NCBI GenBank assembly: GCA_013239625.1
Contig: MU054466.1
Coordinates: 7,961,770-8,025,769 of the forward strand
Direction of reading: 5' to 3'
Length of the DNA: 64,000 nt
DNA from: Lama guanicoe
Taxonomy: Eukaryota
Shown here: piece by piece, positions 1 to 11,796 of the stretch
Layout: every line of letters begins with the position of its first letter
How positions within the stretch are numbered: position 1 is the first letter of the stretch
Notes under the pieces: model-generated
What the model was told of the DNA's origin: nothing
What the model saw: only the letters and a program-made list of their open reading frames with translations
The model's database searches: none
Made by a program: the position numbers and the translations under genes

Positions 1-441
1 TACCTTCACACTTTCTATTCTTCTGAAACAGAACTGTCTTTATCTGTATGTTTTGTATTCATTACATTTAAAGTTTGTCTCCCACATGAACTTTCACTCT
101 TATTAATTACCTTGAACTAAATTGTTACTTTAATTCTTATTCCTTGCTGTTACTTATCATATCTTCTTGGAATTATCCTAATTGCCATGAGATAAAGCAC
201 AGCTTTGAGAGTGTTTTTAGATCACATTTTGGTGGGCACACTTTTGTTTTTGAGATAGTGGTCATAATTTTCAAACTAAAAAAAAAAAAAAGGCATTTCA
301 TTTTACAGAGTTTGGCAACCATAGGTGTATTTCTGGGAACAATGGGGAAAGATGTCTGGAATTGGAATGTGTTGAGAAACCTGTACCATGTACTCAGCAT
401 AATTACAGGGTTTGGTCTAAGAGACCAAAGCAGTTGACTGA

Positions 442-477
442 CCAATCGGCGTGTTGACGTCATAGTATTTGCATTGG
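442..477. promoter_or_regulatory. Compact motif cluster: CCAAT, palindromic CRE, octamer, inverted CCAAT
   Basis: CCAAT 442-446, TGACGTCA 455-462, ATTTGCAT 467-474 and ATTGG 473-477, all within 36 bp. Confidence 0.45.
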
Positions 478-637
478 TTTCTGCTTGGAATCTGGCGATA
501 GAAGCTTAGCTCCTGGAGAAACTAATGTTTAATGTGGATTCCATGTTAGAACAAAAAAGAAGTTTTAAAATAATTGTTGAGCTGTAGAAACACCTAAAAC
601 CCTTGCTCTTCCTTTTTCTTTTTCTTTTTTTTTTTCA

Positions 638-745
638 AATTCATCTGATCAAATAGTTATTGTGCCCCTACCACGTAGCTAGCTAAGTACTGGAGGTTTG
701 GTGGTGGATGAAACAGACACCATCCTTTCCCTAAAGGAGACATTG
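638..745 (-). mobile_element. LINE L2 3' end fragment
   Basis: tcatctgatcaaatagttattgtgcccctaccacgt...gaaacagacaccatcctttccctaaaggag resembles the reverse-complemented L2 3' terminus. Confidence 0.6.
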
Positions 746-1746
746 ACTCCCCATGTGTCATGAAGAGTCTCTGATCCTGAGTTTCTTAGTGGTTGGAAAA
801 TAATCTCTGAATTCCACACTCATTATGAAATGATAAATCCAAGACTACGTTTTTAAGATGATTTACTGGAAGTGAGAGTTCCAATGCAGAAGAAAATAAT
901 TGACTCTTAGCAACTTAACATCAGAAATAATATGTGTATTTAAGAGTAGAATTCTGTTGGGTGTAAATTATACCACAAATCAAATGAATAATATGCTAAG
1001 AATTTGATAAAACAGAGGAAAATGCTGAATGGAATTCTTCTTGGGTGAGAGACTAGTCAAGCCATTGATTGGTCTTGAGTGTCTCTGCTCTAGCAATATA
1101 AATCACTCTGCATTCTGTTGGTTTTTCTAAGGATGACTTGAAGCCACATCAATGGATAAAGTCTACAGCTAGCATTCTCTGCTCTTCCTCTTTTCCTTTT
1201 CCTTAGATTTTTTTTTCATTCTGCCCCAATCAGATAGTTTTTCACCAATGCTTTTCTCTTAATCATTGTTCTTTAAATACCAGTTGGAACTAATATTTCT
1301 TATATGATATAATGCCTTTTTACCCTGGCCCTTTTCTTCATCCAAGTTCTAAAAAACCATTAGCTATATGAGAAAGAAGTTGAACATCATTCCAATGGAG
1401 CAAGTTATACCAAGGTCTTGGTTCCACCAAATGCTGCCCACATGCAGAATTTCTGATCGCCATATAAATCAGGAGATAAGAACATTAACATTTGATCAAA
1501 GGGATGTACATTTCAACTTAAATACAGAATGCAAGTTAACCCGACTGGTAGAAAATAATATTTTTTACACACACGTGCACGCACACTGCAAAAACTTCTG
1601 ACTCCTATCTTAGGCCCTTAGAATCTGTCACTTATATCAGTATTATTAAATCATTAAACCTTGCACTCGTGAAGGAGGGTCATTATGGTGGTCAGTGGCT
1701 GTGCAAAGTTAAACTTCTTAAAGTTACAAAATAAATAGAGACGATA

Positions 1747-2260
1747 TAGATCTTCTCAACTTACAATGTGGTTACATCCTGATAAACTGAAAATATCCTG
1801 TAAGTTGAAAATACCATAACGTAAAGATGCATGTGATACACCAAACCTACCACATACCACAGCTTAGCCTCACCTACCTTAAACATGCTCAGAACACTTG
1901 TATTAGCCCACCATTGGGCAACACTACATAACACAAAGCCTATTTTATAATTGAATATCTCGTTCAGTTTGAATATACTGATTACTGTACTGAAAGTGGA
2001 AAACAGAGTGTTTGTCTGGGTACCGAATGGCTGCACGTGTATGTAGGTCATTCACCTCGTGCTCCTGTGGCTGACTGGGAGCTGCAGGTCACTGCTGCTG
2101 CCCAGTATCAGGAGAGAGGATCTGACCGCATGTTGCTAGACTAGGAAAAGATCAAAATTCTAAATCTGAAGTACGGTTCCTACTGATTGTGTAATGCTTT
2201 CACACCATTGGAAAGTCAGAAAATTCTGCGTCCAACCATTGTAAGGTGGGGGTCTGTCTG
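1747..2260 (+). mobile_element. TcMar-Tigger DNA transposon, MER47/Tigger5 family, apparently complete non-autonomous copy
   Basis: Degenerate TIRs (tagatcttctcaacttacaatg ... cattgtaaggtgggggtctgtctg) flanked by TA; internal acctaccttaaacatgctcagaacactt and gtggctgactgggagctgc match the recalled consensus. Confidence 0.85.
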
Positions 2261-3436
2261 TACATAAGGCAAGGGAACAACGATTTCGTTCTGCCTTGGT
2301 CCAAAATTCTCTTGAAAAATGGGGGAGAAAAAATATGTAATTCTTATGCGGACCACAATATTCTAGCTGTGTTATTCTATAGAAAAGCAACACCAGTTGG
2401 ATAAATTACTGTAACAGTTTCATTGGAGTCTCTCACTGTTTTCGTTTGTGTTTCTAGGATGGGGATGGCTCCAGCTGGTGTTTTTCTTCTTGGGGAGAGG
2501 GGGGCAGAAATTAGTTTTTTCTCCCCATGCCTCTTCCACAGGCCTGGGGAGGAGAGAACATTTCACTTCCGTGAGGACCAGCCTTCAAGCGAGTAGGGCA
2601 AAGGCTACATCACAAAACATGCGATGGCTTAATTGATAAGCAAGGTGGTCTTTTCTAGTTCTAGGCCAGCATAAGCTCAGAATAATAAATCCTCTGTAAC
2701 ATAATGTATTAACAGCTCTATCCCATAATAACAAAGCCAAGCCAAGAAAGATGATGTGAGAGCATATTTGTCTCTTATATTTGATCGTCAATCTTTTAGT
2801 CCCTGGGAGAGCTGATTACGCAGAGTGCAGAGTTAACTGGGAAGTACAGGCTGTAAGTGGAGCGTACTGAAGTTAATGAGTTTAATTTACTTTCTGTTAT
2901 GCCTGAATCAAAGTTGTTAATCAGGGGCTAAATTGGCCAATTTAAGTTTCCCTCCTTTTTCCCATTTTCTGCTGTCTAGAATACAAATATTCATGAACCA
3001 GGCAAAAGGTCAAGAAGAAAAATGGGGAAAGGGCTTGGGTATTTAAGAAACTATAGTCTAAGATGTGGAATTAGCAAACAAATGAATTACCTTCTTAATT
3101 CTTGATTGAATATTAAATTTCTCATAAGCCCAAGCCCTCTTAAAATAGAAAAAAGTCAAATCAGACATAAATTTCAACAGAGCTTAGCCTTAATTTTTCA
3201 GGAATGTATTTCCATTGTTTTTCATGTTCCGTGTGTGCTGTCTCAGATGCTTTCATTATAGGTTACAATATATTTTTATAATTTCCCACATAATCTGTTC
3301 CCACGTATAGGTCTGGGTAGCTAATTGCATTTCTTAATTCCCTTTCAGATTTTCAAAGAATGTTTACAATTAATCACATTTTTGGGGGCTGTTAGTTGTT
3401 TGTTCTGCTTCTTTGCTTTTAATGCCCCTTCCTTAG

Positions 3437-3526
3437 ATGTTTCAGCCAAGAACTGCATCGTATTGACACCAGCTTCACTCTCATGAACGCAAGCTGGTTT
3501 TCCAACCCATTAGTGCTCTCCGCCAG
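3437..3526 (+). other. Candidate internal exon (90 nt, GC donor), product unknown
   Basis: Long pyrimidine tract ending ccttag; donor CAG|gcaagt; one open frame (CFSQELHRIDTSFTLMNASWFSNPLVLSA); no recognisable homology. Confidence 0.12.
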
Positions 3527-4035
3527 GCAAGTGTTGGCCCGCTGGAAATGCAGAAGCAGAGCTTTGGTTTACATACGTTGACATGAACAACTCAGTTTCA
3601 CCCGTTATGGGAGTAACTGCTCAGCTCATGATGAGTGAACAGGTCATCCAACAAGAAATAGAAAACACAGAAATGGGCCCTCGATGGGAGCAGGGTTGCA
3701 AGGTGCTGACAGCTTAATGAATGACTTGTCTGTTATGACAGTAGGACAGCTTGCAATGCCAAGAGCAAATATTTGAAAGAATATGCAATGCAGGAAATGG
3801 ATGTATGTTCTATATATAGGACACTTAGGTTGCCTGTATCACTAACAGATGGGCAGAGGTTGAGAAATTTTATTTTATAATGTGCAACATCACCCTTGTC
3901 AGATACACTTTGAGATCCAGGGATTAATGGAGCATGACGCTCGGAGGAAAATGGTCATTCCACTGGACGTACTGAGGGATGGGGGACCTCAGGGTGATGA
4001 GCGCAACGTAGACTGTTAACCCATATTTTTTACAG

Positions 4036-4101
4036 GTCTAACTCTGATCGTATGTCTAATTTAATCATATACAGCTCCAGGCATCATGTCAGATGAAGTA
4101 G
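4036..4101 (+). other. Candidate exon (66 nt) ending in ATG TCA GAT GAA GTA G
   Basis: ttaac...atattttttacag acceptor, TAG|gtaagc donor, gcatcATG at 4086; no convincing downstream coding exon found. Confidence 0.12.
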
Positions 4102-6059
4102 GTAAGCAGATAATTTTGTGAGATGCCTTTGGATAAAATTAAATGGTGGAACCATGGCCGAGGAGCCAAACAATCGGACCAGTAAGAGGTCCATCTCCTC
4201 TTTCTGAATTGAGAAATTGTCTACATCAATGTTGAAGGGCAAACAATGGCTGACCTTGAAAAACATGGTATTATTTTTACGTGGACTCACTTTTGAGTCA
4301 TGGCATGGATCATTTTAATGAAATCAGCATAAAGAGATGACTGATAGACTGGTTCTCACATAGATCCTGACACACTCATTCACTCCTGTGTGCACCCTGG
4401 TGAATATATGTGTTCCCACCATACATAATCACGAAGACGAAGAATTAGACTCATCAGCTACAGAGATTAATGGCCATTTTGGAGTCTGATAAGTTGAAAG
4501 GATACGTGTGGGAGACTAGATTCTGTGATAGTTCTTATTAAAGCAGAGAGGTAAGGAGTGGGCAGCCCATAGGCACCTGAAACCCCCAGACATCCATACT
4601 ATTGAAATGTCATTCATGTTCACGCACTCGCCAGATGACATCATAGGGAAGCCTCCCTCCTGCCTCATCATTGTGTGCGTTCCCATTTATTATTCACTGG
4701 TTTTATGGGTAAGTGGCCCAGAACCGGGTGGTTTGTTCCATGTTCTAGTTAATAGCATCCTGCCTTCAGAAATGCTTGTGTCAGAATCCTAAAAGTCAGA
4801 GTCTACAGATCACTGTTTTCAGGTTTCCACTGGTTCTCTGGCAACTGTCCCCACAACATGGGCTTCCCAGAGCCTTGCTGAGGGAGCATTTCTTCCCGGC
4901 CACAGGACATTCTGTAGAAATAGAATCTGGGTCCGTAAGAACTTCCAGAAAGCTGGCAATACAGAAGTCTCCTGCAGCTGTGAGGTCTGCCTTCTCTGTG
5001 TTGCCGGGTCCCAACATCTGGTGCAAACTGCTTGGCTGAGGCAACGAAACAGCATCTAGCTTTCAGATCATCAGATCACCATCACTTGGCCTCATGAGTT
5101 GATCGGATTAATAAGGGGTCTCAACACCGCAGAAACCTGGCTACTAGGACACGCTGCAAAGTAACGCATCCCTATAGTTCTGGCTGAGTGGTCTCAGTTC
5201 ATTTTTCTTAGTCAGTTTTTCAGTGTCTGACTTAAGGAAACTGTTTATAAAAGTGAGCACGTAATTAAGCATAAAAGGGATTTTACATGAAAAAATTTGC
5301 TTCTGCCTTTCTCACTGTCTGTGATCCTCATCTGCCAAAAACACATAGCTCTGCCCCTGAAGAACTTTGTCGCTCCCACCCGGGAGCCACCCGGGACCTC
5401 TCCTTCCTCTGTCCCTGTGGACTGACCTGACCCATCCCTGAACACTGCCAATTATTTATATATATAGTCCCTCAAATGCATCCTTTGTCCCTTACCCCCC
5501 ATTCTCTCTGCTTTCATTCCAGATCTGGTTTTCATAATCAGTGATGTCATCAACATTGATATATATGGTACTTCATTTGAACATGTTTAGAAACCCTACT
5601 TGGAGAAAAATGTGGTAAGAGTCTCTTTATTTTGCAATTAAGCTAGATGAAGCCTTAAGTCATATATATATATGTATATGTATAAACTCTACATCAGGTG
5701 AGAGTCTGAGGTGAGGGCTCTCCCAAATTGAAATCTTGTTGGCTGTCAAAATACAGCATCAACTTGGAGCTGGAAATGGAGATGTCACGTCAAACTCCTC
5801 GAAGCAGATCCCCCACCGTGTCCCCATCTAATGACAGCTGTACATTACTCTCAGTGTTGCGCCTGTCTTGGTTTGTCTTTGAAAATTCTGGAAAGACTTG
5901 TGAAAAGTTTTTAACAAGTGGAAGAAAATAAAAATATGAAAAAGATCAGATAGGAACAGATAACTCCCAGAGGTTTAAAGACAAATTAAACGTAAATGTG
6001 ACAAGTGTTCAAAATGAAAATTGAAACTACAACATTTTTAAAATTTAAAATAAGTTAGT

Positions 6060-6480
6060 TCAGAAAGGACCAGAAAGTACGGTACTAATGAGAATGTGGG
6101 AAATTGCCCTCACATATGTATTTCGAGGGAGTATAACTTTTATGAAGTACCATTTGTCAAAAGTTATCAAATTTTAAATAGGCATATTTGGATGAAAGAT
6201 TCCATGCTTGCAAACGTGGTTATAGATTAAATGTGTGCGAAAACTTAGGTACAAGAGTGTCTATGAATCCTTGCTTATGAAGGCAAAAGACTGAGAAACA
6301 ACATGAAGGTGCAGCAGTAGAGGACGACAAATAAATAATGGTAATGCCATTAAACGGAATCACACGGTGCTATCGCTCTCAGGAAAGAATGGGGAGGATC
6401 TGTTTGTGCCAGTGTGGACTGGCTTCTAAGATAAAGTGAAAAATGCAAAGTGAAGTGAAATAGTGTGCGTGCAATTCAAA
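6060..6480 (+). mobile_element. Ancient L1 (L1ME-like) ORF2 end/3' region fragment
   Basis: Degenerate gagaatgtgggaaa...ggagtataa...gcaaaagactgagaaacaac...aaagaatggggaggatctg pattern typical of old L1 3' regions. Confidence 0.6.
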
Positions 6481-6654
6481 TAACGGATTCAGCAGTGTGT
6501 GAAAAATTCCACAGTGCATGAAAAAGCGAAGTTATACAAATTTTGGCTTATGTCCATATTATCTATAGATTTTGACGTAAAAACTTAGTGATTTTATCTG
6601 AGGTGGAGAATAGGGGACTAGATGTCACTGGCAGAAAGAAAGTATGCTTTTTGA

Positions 6655-6790
6655 AAATTAAAATATATAAGTGTAATGTATATATATGATATATTGTATC
6701 TATTTATATAATAAATATTATATATAATTACATGTACATTTATTAAAAATACAAACATATAAATATATTTTTAATATATCTAATTGATAG
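6655..6790. repeat. AT-rich / (TA)n low-complexity tract
   Basis: Nearly pure A/T with tatata runs. Confidence 0.8.
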
Positions 6791-7249
6791 AAACTTAACC
6801 TTAAACTGAAGGCTTGTTTTCTTGGTGGGAGGCGAGTTTCTGATCTTGGTATATTCTGCATCATCTCTGGAAACCCTGATGACAAAGAGGTGAGAGAGGC
6901 TTTGATTCTTCGTTTTTATATTTTGTTACTGATTTTGATTTTTTTTTCCTCTCCTCTATCTTTTTTCCTCTTCAGAAAGAATATTTGGCCACTGATCAAT
7001 TTCTCCTCTTCTATCCATTTCCTGCTTTGATCCAATGAGTATTATAGCATTATTTCATTATAGGAAGGGGAAAAACAAAATTGCAAAAAGAGAGGGGCTG
7101 CACTCCATAAGTACTGCCGTCTACCGGTGCTGGCTGCGCACACCAGGTGGCTGGCCGGAGTCCACTGAGCAAGTCGCCCTGTAACTGGAACGTGGATTCC
7201 TCACTGGTATAAAACCATCTGTGACTTTTCAGGGTCCACTTTCTCGACC

Positions 7250-7264
7250 TTAGAACCTGAAGTC
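7250..7264 (-). other. Start of candidate terminal exon of minus-strand spliced model
   Basis: Minus strand cctaattgctttctgccacag| (ctaat branch motif, pyrimidine tract, CAG); reads DFRF* in phase 0 or TSGSKVEKVDPEKSQMVLYQ* in phase 2. Confidence 0.2.
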
Positions 7265-8211
7265 CTGTGGCAGAAAGCAATTAGGTCTCCACTCTTTTTT
7301 ATTTTATCGCTTCCTTTAGTTTCGAAGCTGGTTTGCACCCAATACACATGACAATTACAATCTCCACATTCAGCCAGATAAGTTTTACTACTCTTGTTGT
7401 AAGTCGGGAGCCAAGTGCACTCTGCCCTTGGTTATCTCTTCACCCCTTTGCTCATTTCCTTCCTTCCACATATATACTTTCTTCTCCTTTTTATGCCACC
7501 CGCTCGCCCACGTCACACCGTGCCATTGCACCGCACACGTTGGAGCCCCCACTCCGTCAATCACAACTGCCCTGGATCTTCAAGCTTCTGGAGAAAGAGA
7601 CCTCTCCCTTACTTCAACAGAAGTCTGGAAATACCATTTCTCTCTAAGGCGCATCATGCTTTCAGGCCTTACAGTCCGTGGGACTGAGAAGCTCTGCGGC
7701 CAGTGTCCTAGTCCTCACTGGTCCCCAGGCCATCTGCATTCCTGCAGTCACCTCCCTCTTCCTCCCTTCCAGCTCCCCTAGACCTTCACCACTGTCCAAG
7801 GGCTGGCTCTCCCCTCCTCTCTTATTAGGTGTCTTGCCATTTGCTCACTAATGCCTTCCTGCCCCGCTACCCGCAATGTGAATCGCATCTGTGCCCCTTC
7901 TCCTTGCTTCTGGAAGGAGGGTGCCCTTCTGCAGTATCGGACTGGTGTACGTTCCTTTGCTTGTCATCCATTTCCTTCTGAATTAGAGACCTCAGGATGC
8001 AGTGACATTAATCAAACGTCCCATTCCCAAACAATCGCTCTCCTCTTCCTTGGCCCTTTCGTTCCTCATAGCTTAAAAAATAAACACACAAAACAAAACA
8101 ACCGAACACACAGGGGAAAAAAAACCCAAACTTCTGTAACTCTTTGGTCTCTAGCATCTCAGTGCCTCTGCTGTTATCCAGACCATCAGTTAATTGTCCA
8201 GCTCTATGACC

Positions 8212-8356
8212 CAGGACTTCTCAAAGCACTCAGGATCCAACTGAAGATTTTGCTCAGAAGCAGATTCTTGTTGGTGGTTCTGAGGTGTGGATGGAGTGTC
8301 TGCATTTCTCAGGAGCTGCTACTGCTGCCCCACAGGCCACCTTTCATGTGACAAGT
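8212..8356. mobile_element. hAT-Charlie MER5-type element
   Basis: caggacttctcaaa...gcagattct...tctgcatttctcaggagct...ggccacctttc resembles MER5. Confidence 0.65.
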
Positions 8357-8489
8357 ACAGATGCCTCCGAAATACTTAGTGAAATTCCGAGAGCAAATTA
8401 AAAAAAAAAGTGATCATTTTTCATAGTTTGTATCCAATCGATGTGAGAGAACATTCTTACCCTAACATTGGTAATTTGATCACCATCGT

Positions 8490-8690
8490 TTTACTGATCG
8501 CCGACTAGCCTCTGCCTTGGGTGTATTTACCTACATTATGCCATTAAGCTTTACAAATCTCATGAGAATACAGATGAGGAAACTGGAGTTTAAAGAGGTT
8601 AAATAAAATAAACTAAAATAAAGAGGTTATATAACTTGTTTGTGGGCCACGCTGACAAAAAGAAAAGCGGCTTGAATCACCATTGTTGTG
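8490..8690 (-). mobile_element. MIR SINE
   Basis: Core tacagatgaggaaactggagtttaaagaggttaaataa...acttg. Confidence 0.75.
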
Positions 8691-8909
8691 TAATGAATCC
8701 ATATGCCTCTGAAAATTTTTCAAATTTAGACTCCAGTTCCCCTTTTATTTCCTCTTCTATTTTATCTGTCTTCACTAACATGACTTTGTGTTACAAAGCT
8801 AACTCTCTTGTCTTTATAGAGAAAAAGTATTTTTCATTTCTCAACTGAATAAGAATAGAGGAAACAAAACATTTAACTGGGCAGTATGCTTATAAATGAA
8901 AATGAAACT

Positions 8910-9115
8910 TGGTTCTGAGGTCAGACTCGTTAGATCTGAATCATGGCTTTGCCTTCTAACATGCGACCAAATTACTTAACCTCTCTGTACCTCGACTTTC
9001 TCATAAAAGGCAGGGAAATAATAAAATCTTTTTCATAGGTGGTAGTAAAGAAATGAGATAAAACCTTGAGAACACCTATAAAATAAACCAGCACATGGCA
9101 AGTGATTAATGCATC
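8910..9115 (+). mobile_element. MIR SINE
   Basis: tctgaggtcagac...aattacttaacctctctgtacctcgactttctcat...agcacatggcaagtg. Confidence 0.75.
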
Positions 9116-10399
9116 TCAGTAGTTCTTCTTAGATATTCCTATTGCTTTAAAAAATTCTGCTCCTGCGATGATGCCTGTGATTGCCCTGCTGAGACTGAAA
9201 GATACCATTCGGCCAAATGATCTGTCATTTTGGTCTGTTAGTTCTGTCCACAGACTGAGTCTGCACAAATCCCCTGGTACTTGAAATTCTACAGACCAAT
9301 TTCTCCCCCATCTCTAATCCTCTCCAAGAAGATAGAGCAGTTAATGAATTAGCTTGATCTGTCTCCTTAAGCTTTACTGTCATCAGCAAATTACCCCTAA
9401 GAATATTATAAATGGACTTTACAAATTAGAAATCATGTCCTGAAATTACTTCCTTCCTCCCTCTATTCTCTTATTTCAAAAACTTGCAAGTCTACTATCA
9501 ATCAGCGTAGCTCTGTCAGGCAAAATTTAACGAGGCATTTCTTATCCAGATTGAGTTAAAAAAAAAACTCTTTAGAAGGATTTGTAGTTTTGTTTGTTAG
9601 GATTCTCCAATGACTGCGACGATAACAATTATTAAAAGAAAAATAAAACGTGATCATTCTACCATCAGAGGCTTATTACAGGGTTAGGGTTACTGATATT
9701 TTGAATCCCTGCAATTCTTGTTGATTTTATTTGGTGAATGGCCTGAACAGATATAATTGACAGACTAGCATTTCTTTTTCTACCTAACTAGACAAAGATG
9801 ATTCATATGTGCCCAAGAAGCACTTTTTAAAAATGTAAAAATTAGCGTGATTCGATTACCAGAACAGAAAGGTGATTTCTTTATATTGGCACATTGAAAC
9901 AAGCTCGTATTTTCTTTTGACAAATAATAAGTTTGCAAAACTAGGATTGACCTTGAAGATGTGAAATAAAAGAATTTAATTATTTTCATTAAGTGAACCT
10001 CAAAAAGTTAAGTGTCTTGCCCACTGCCACGGCGGGGCAGTTCGTGCGGAAATAGTAGACCAGTGTTTCTTTCTCTGCACTAATACCACTTCTGAACGAG
10101 TGCCAACATTCAATTTGACTTCATTTTAGCGATCATCTACAATTTGGGATAAAATCAACATAGCAAAGGAATGGATAATTACCACTGTCATTTCATTTTA
10201 ATGAAAATATGGTTCGCATTATTGTCTTGGCAGGGTGCAATTTGTTTATAGCTTTCTCAGTTCACCTAAGGCTGCCCATGCAAATACCTGCACAAGAAGC
10301 ACAGCTATCATTGCCCCACCGTGGCCTGTATCTGCCCTTTGGTTCGGATTTCTAATGTTACTGCCTATATAAGTTTCCCCTGCATTAAAACTGTTAATA

Positions 10400-11055
10400 G
10401 TGGAGGCAAAATCTGGTTAAAGATGGCAGGAAGAACACATACGTATACTATGTTCCTTTCCAGAAGCCCCAGTACAATAACTTAAATGAATAGAGGAGAA
10501 AAACAAATCTCACAAAAATAAAGAGAACATGCCGTGAGAGAACAGTGTAGAAATGTTAGGGTAATTTAAAAAAAAAAAGATAGACTAGTGACAACTGATA
10601 CAGGAAGATCAAAAACACAAGGAAGCAAAGGCTTTTTTTCAAATTGACTTGGGTAGAGAATTTTCCAAAACTGATTAAAGTCTCCAAGCCACAGATTCAA
10701 GAAGCCTGGTGGACTCCAGGCATAATACAAAACAAAACAAAGCAAGAATACCTACGCCCACCACTGTAGAAAGGCTGAAAAAATAATCCTCAAAGAAAAA
10801 GCAATAAATGAGTGCACTGCATTAAAAGAAACAGGCATAATATTTGCCACTAGCTCCTTAACAGAAACAATGAAAACAGGAAGACAATGGGATAGCATCT
10901 ATAAAGTGCTGTAAAAAAAATAATAAATAAAGCAAAATAAACAAAAAAACCTTCCTACAATTCTAGAATTATATCCCCACCTCCCACCCCCAAAATCCTC
11001 AAAAATGATGGTGAAATGAAGACATTTTCAGACAAGTAGAAAATGGGAGAAACAG
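10400..11055 (+). mobile_element. Ancient L1M 5'/ORF1 region fragment
   Basis: aagatggcag start; gagaattttccaaaactgat...ccacagattcaagaagc; aacagaaacaatgaaaacaggaagacaatgg; gaaatgaagacattttcagacaa are typical L1 ORF1 remnants. Confidence 0.75.
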
Positions 11056-11381
11056 AAGCATTCCAAACCTGCTCCTGCGTTTTAGAGTAGCTACCAATTG
11101 ATTAAAGATTCTTAATTTACAATATTAAAATTGTTCTAAAAGATCATTTTAAGCAAAGGAGAAATTTGTTTGGGAATAGTAGATCTAATTTGAAGTGATA
11201 AAATGAGAAAATCCTGGGGGGGAAAATGGAGTGATAACAAAGGTGAATGGTTTAGCAGTAGGCATTTTTGTGAAGCTGAATGCTTATTCTTGTGAAAAAC
11301 TGCACATTTTATCCATGATGCTAAATCAAGTTTATAATAAAATTTCTCAGTGGATCGTGAATCGCACTGTGCATTTCTCAC

Positions 11382-11396
11382 CTTCCTATTTCCATA
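11382..11396 (-). other. Candidate 15-nt microexon (TATGGAAATAGGAAG)
   Basis: Minus strand ttagttctcttcctttag|TATGGAAATAGGAAG|gtgaga; frame-preserving length. Confidence 0.2.
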
Positions 11397-11779
11397 CTAA
11401 AGGAAGAGAACTAAGCAAATATTTTGACCAGTTTGTATTCAAATTGATTTCATGTATCTAAAACATCGTGGGTTCTTTAGGTAAACTTGTGTTCTGTGGG
11501 TCGAGTTAACCAGGTAATTGCTTCTTTATCACAACACATGACACGTCTAAATCTGATGTTGATCTTGACAGTGCTTTTTAGTAATCACTCTGCAAACGAT
11601 CACTCACAGTGTGGATTGTTTTAAGACACCTAAATGTTTTCCACTCTTTATAATCTCTGCTCGTACCTCCTAGAAGAAACTATACAAGCAGCTCAGTGAG
11701 AGACCGGAAAGAGGGGGTGGGGTGAGGGACGTTAGGACAACTGGACTTTTGAACTCCAGAAGCAATTCAGGAGAACAGC

Positions 11780-11796
11780 AGATAAGGGCACTTCCT
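11780..11796. promoter_or_regulatory. Adjacent GATA and ETS motifs
   Basis: AGATAAG 11780-11786 and CACTTCCT 11789-11796. Confidence 0.25.

Noticed and set aside
4086-4101. Assignment of MSDEV start to a known gene (troponin T, MAP9)
   Set aside because: Following residues and downstream exons do not match; no gene symbol can be supported
7333-8351. Cluster of 90-166 aa ORFs
   Set aside because: C/T-rich, stop-poor sequence partly overlapping MER5 and other decayed repeats; no homology or splice support
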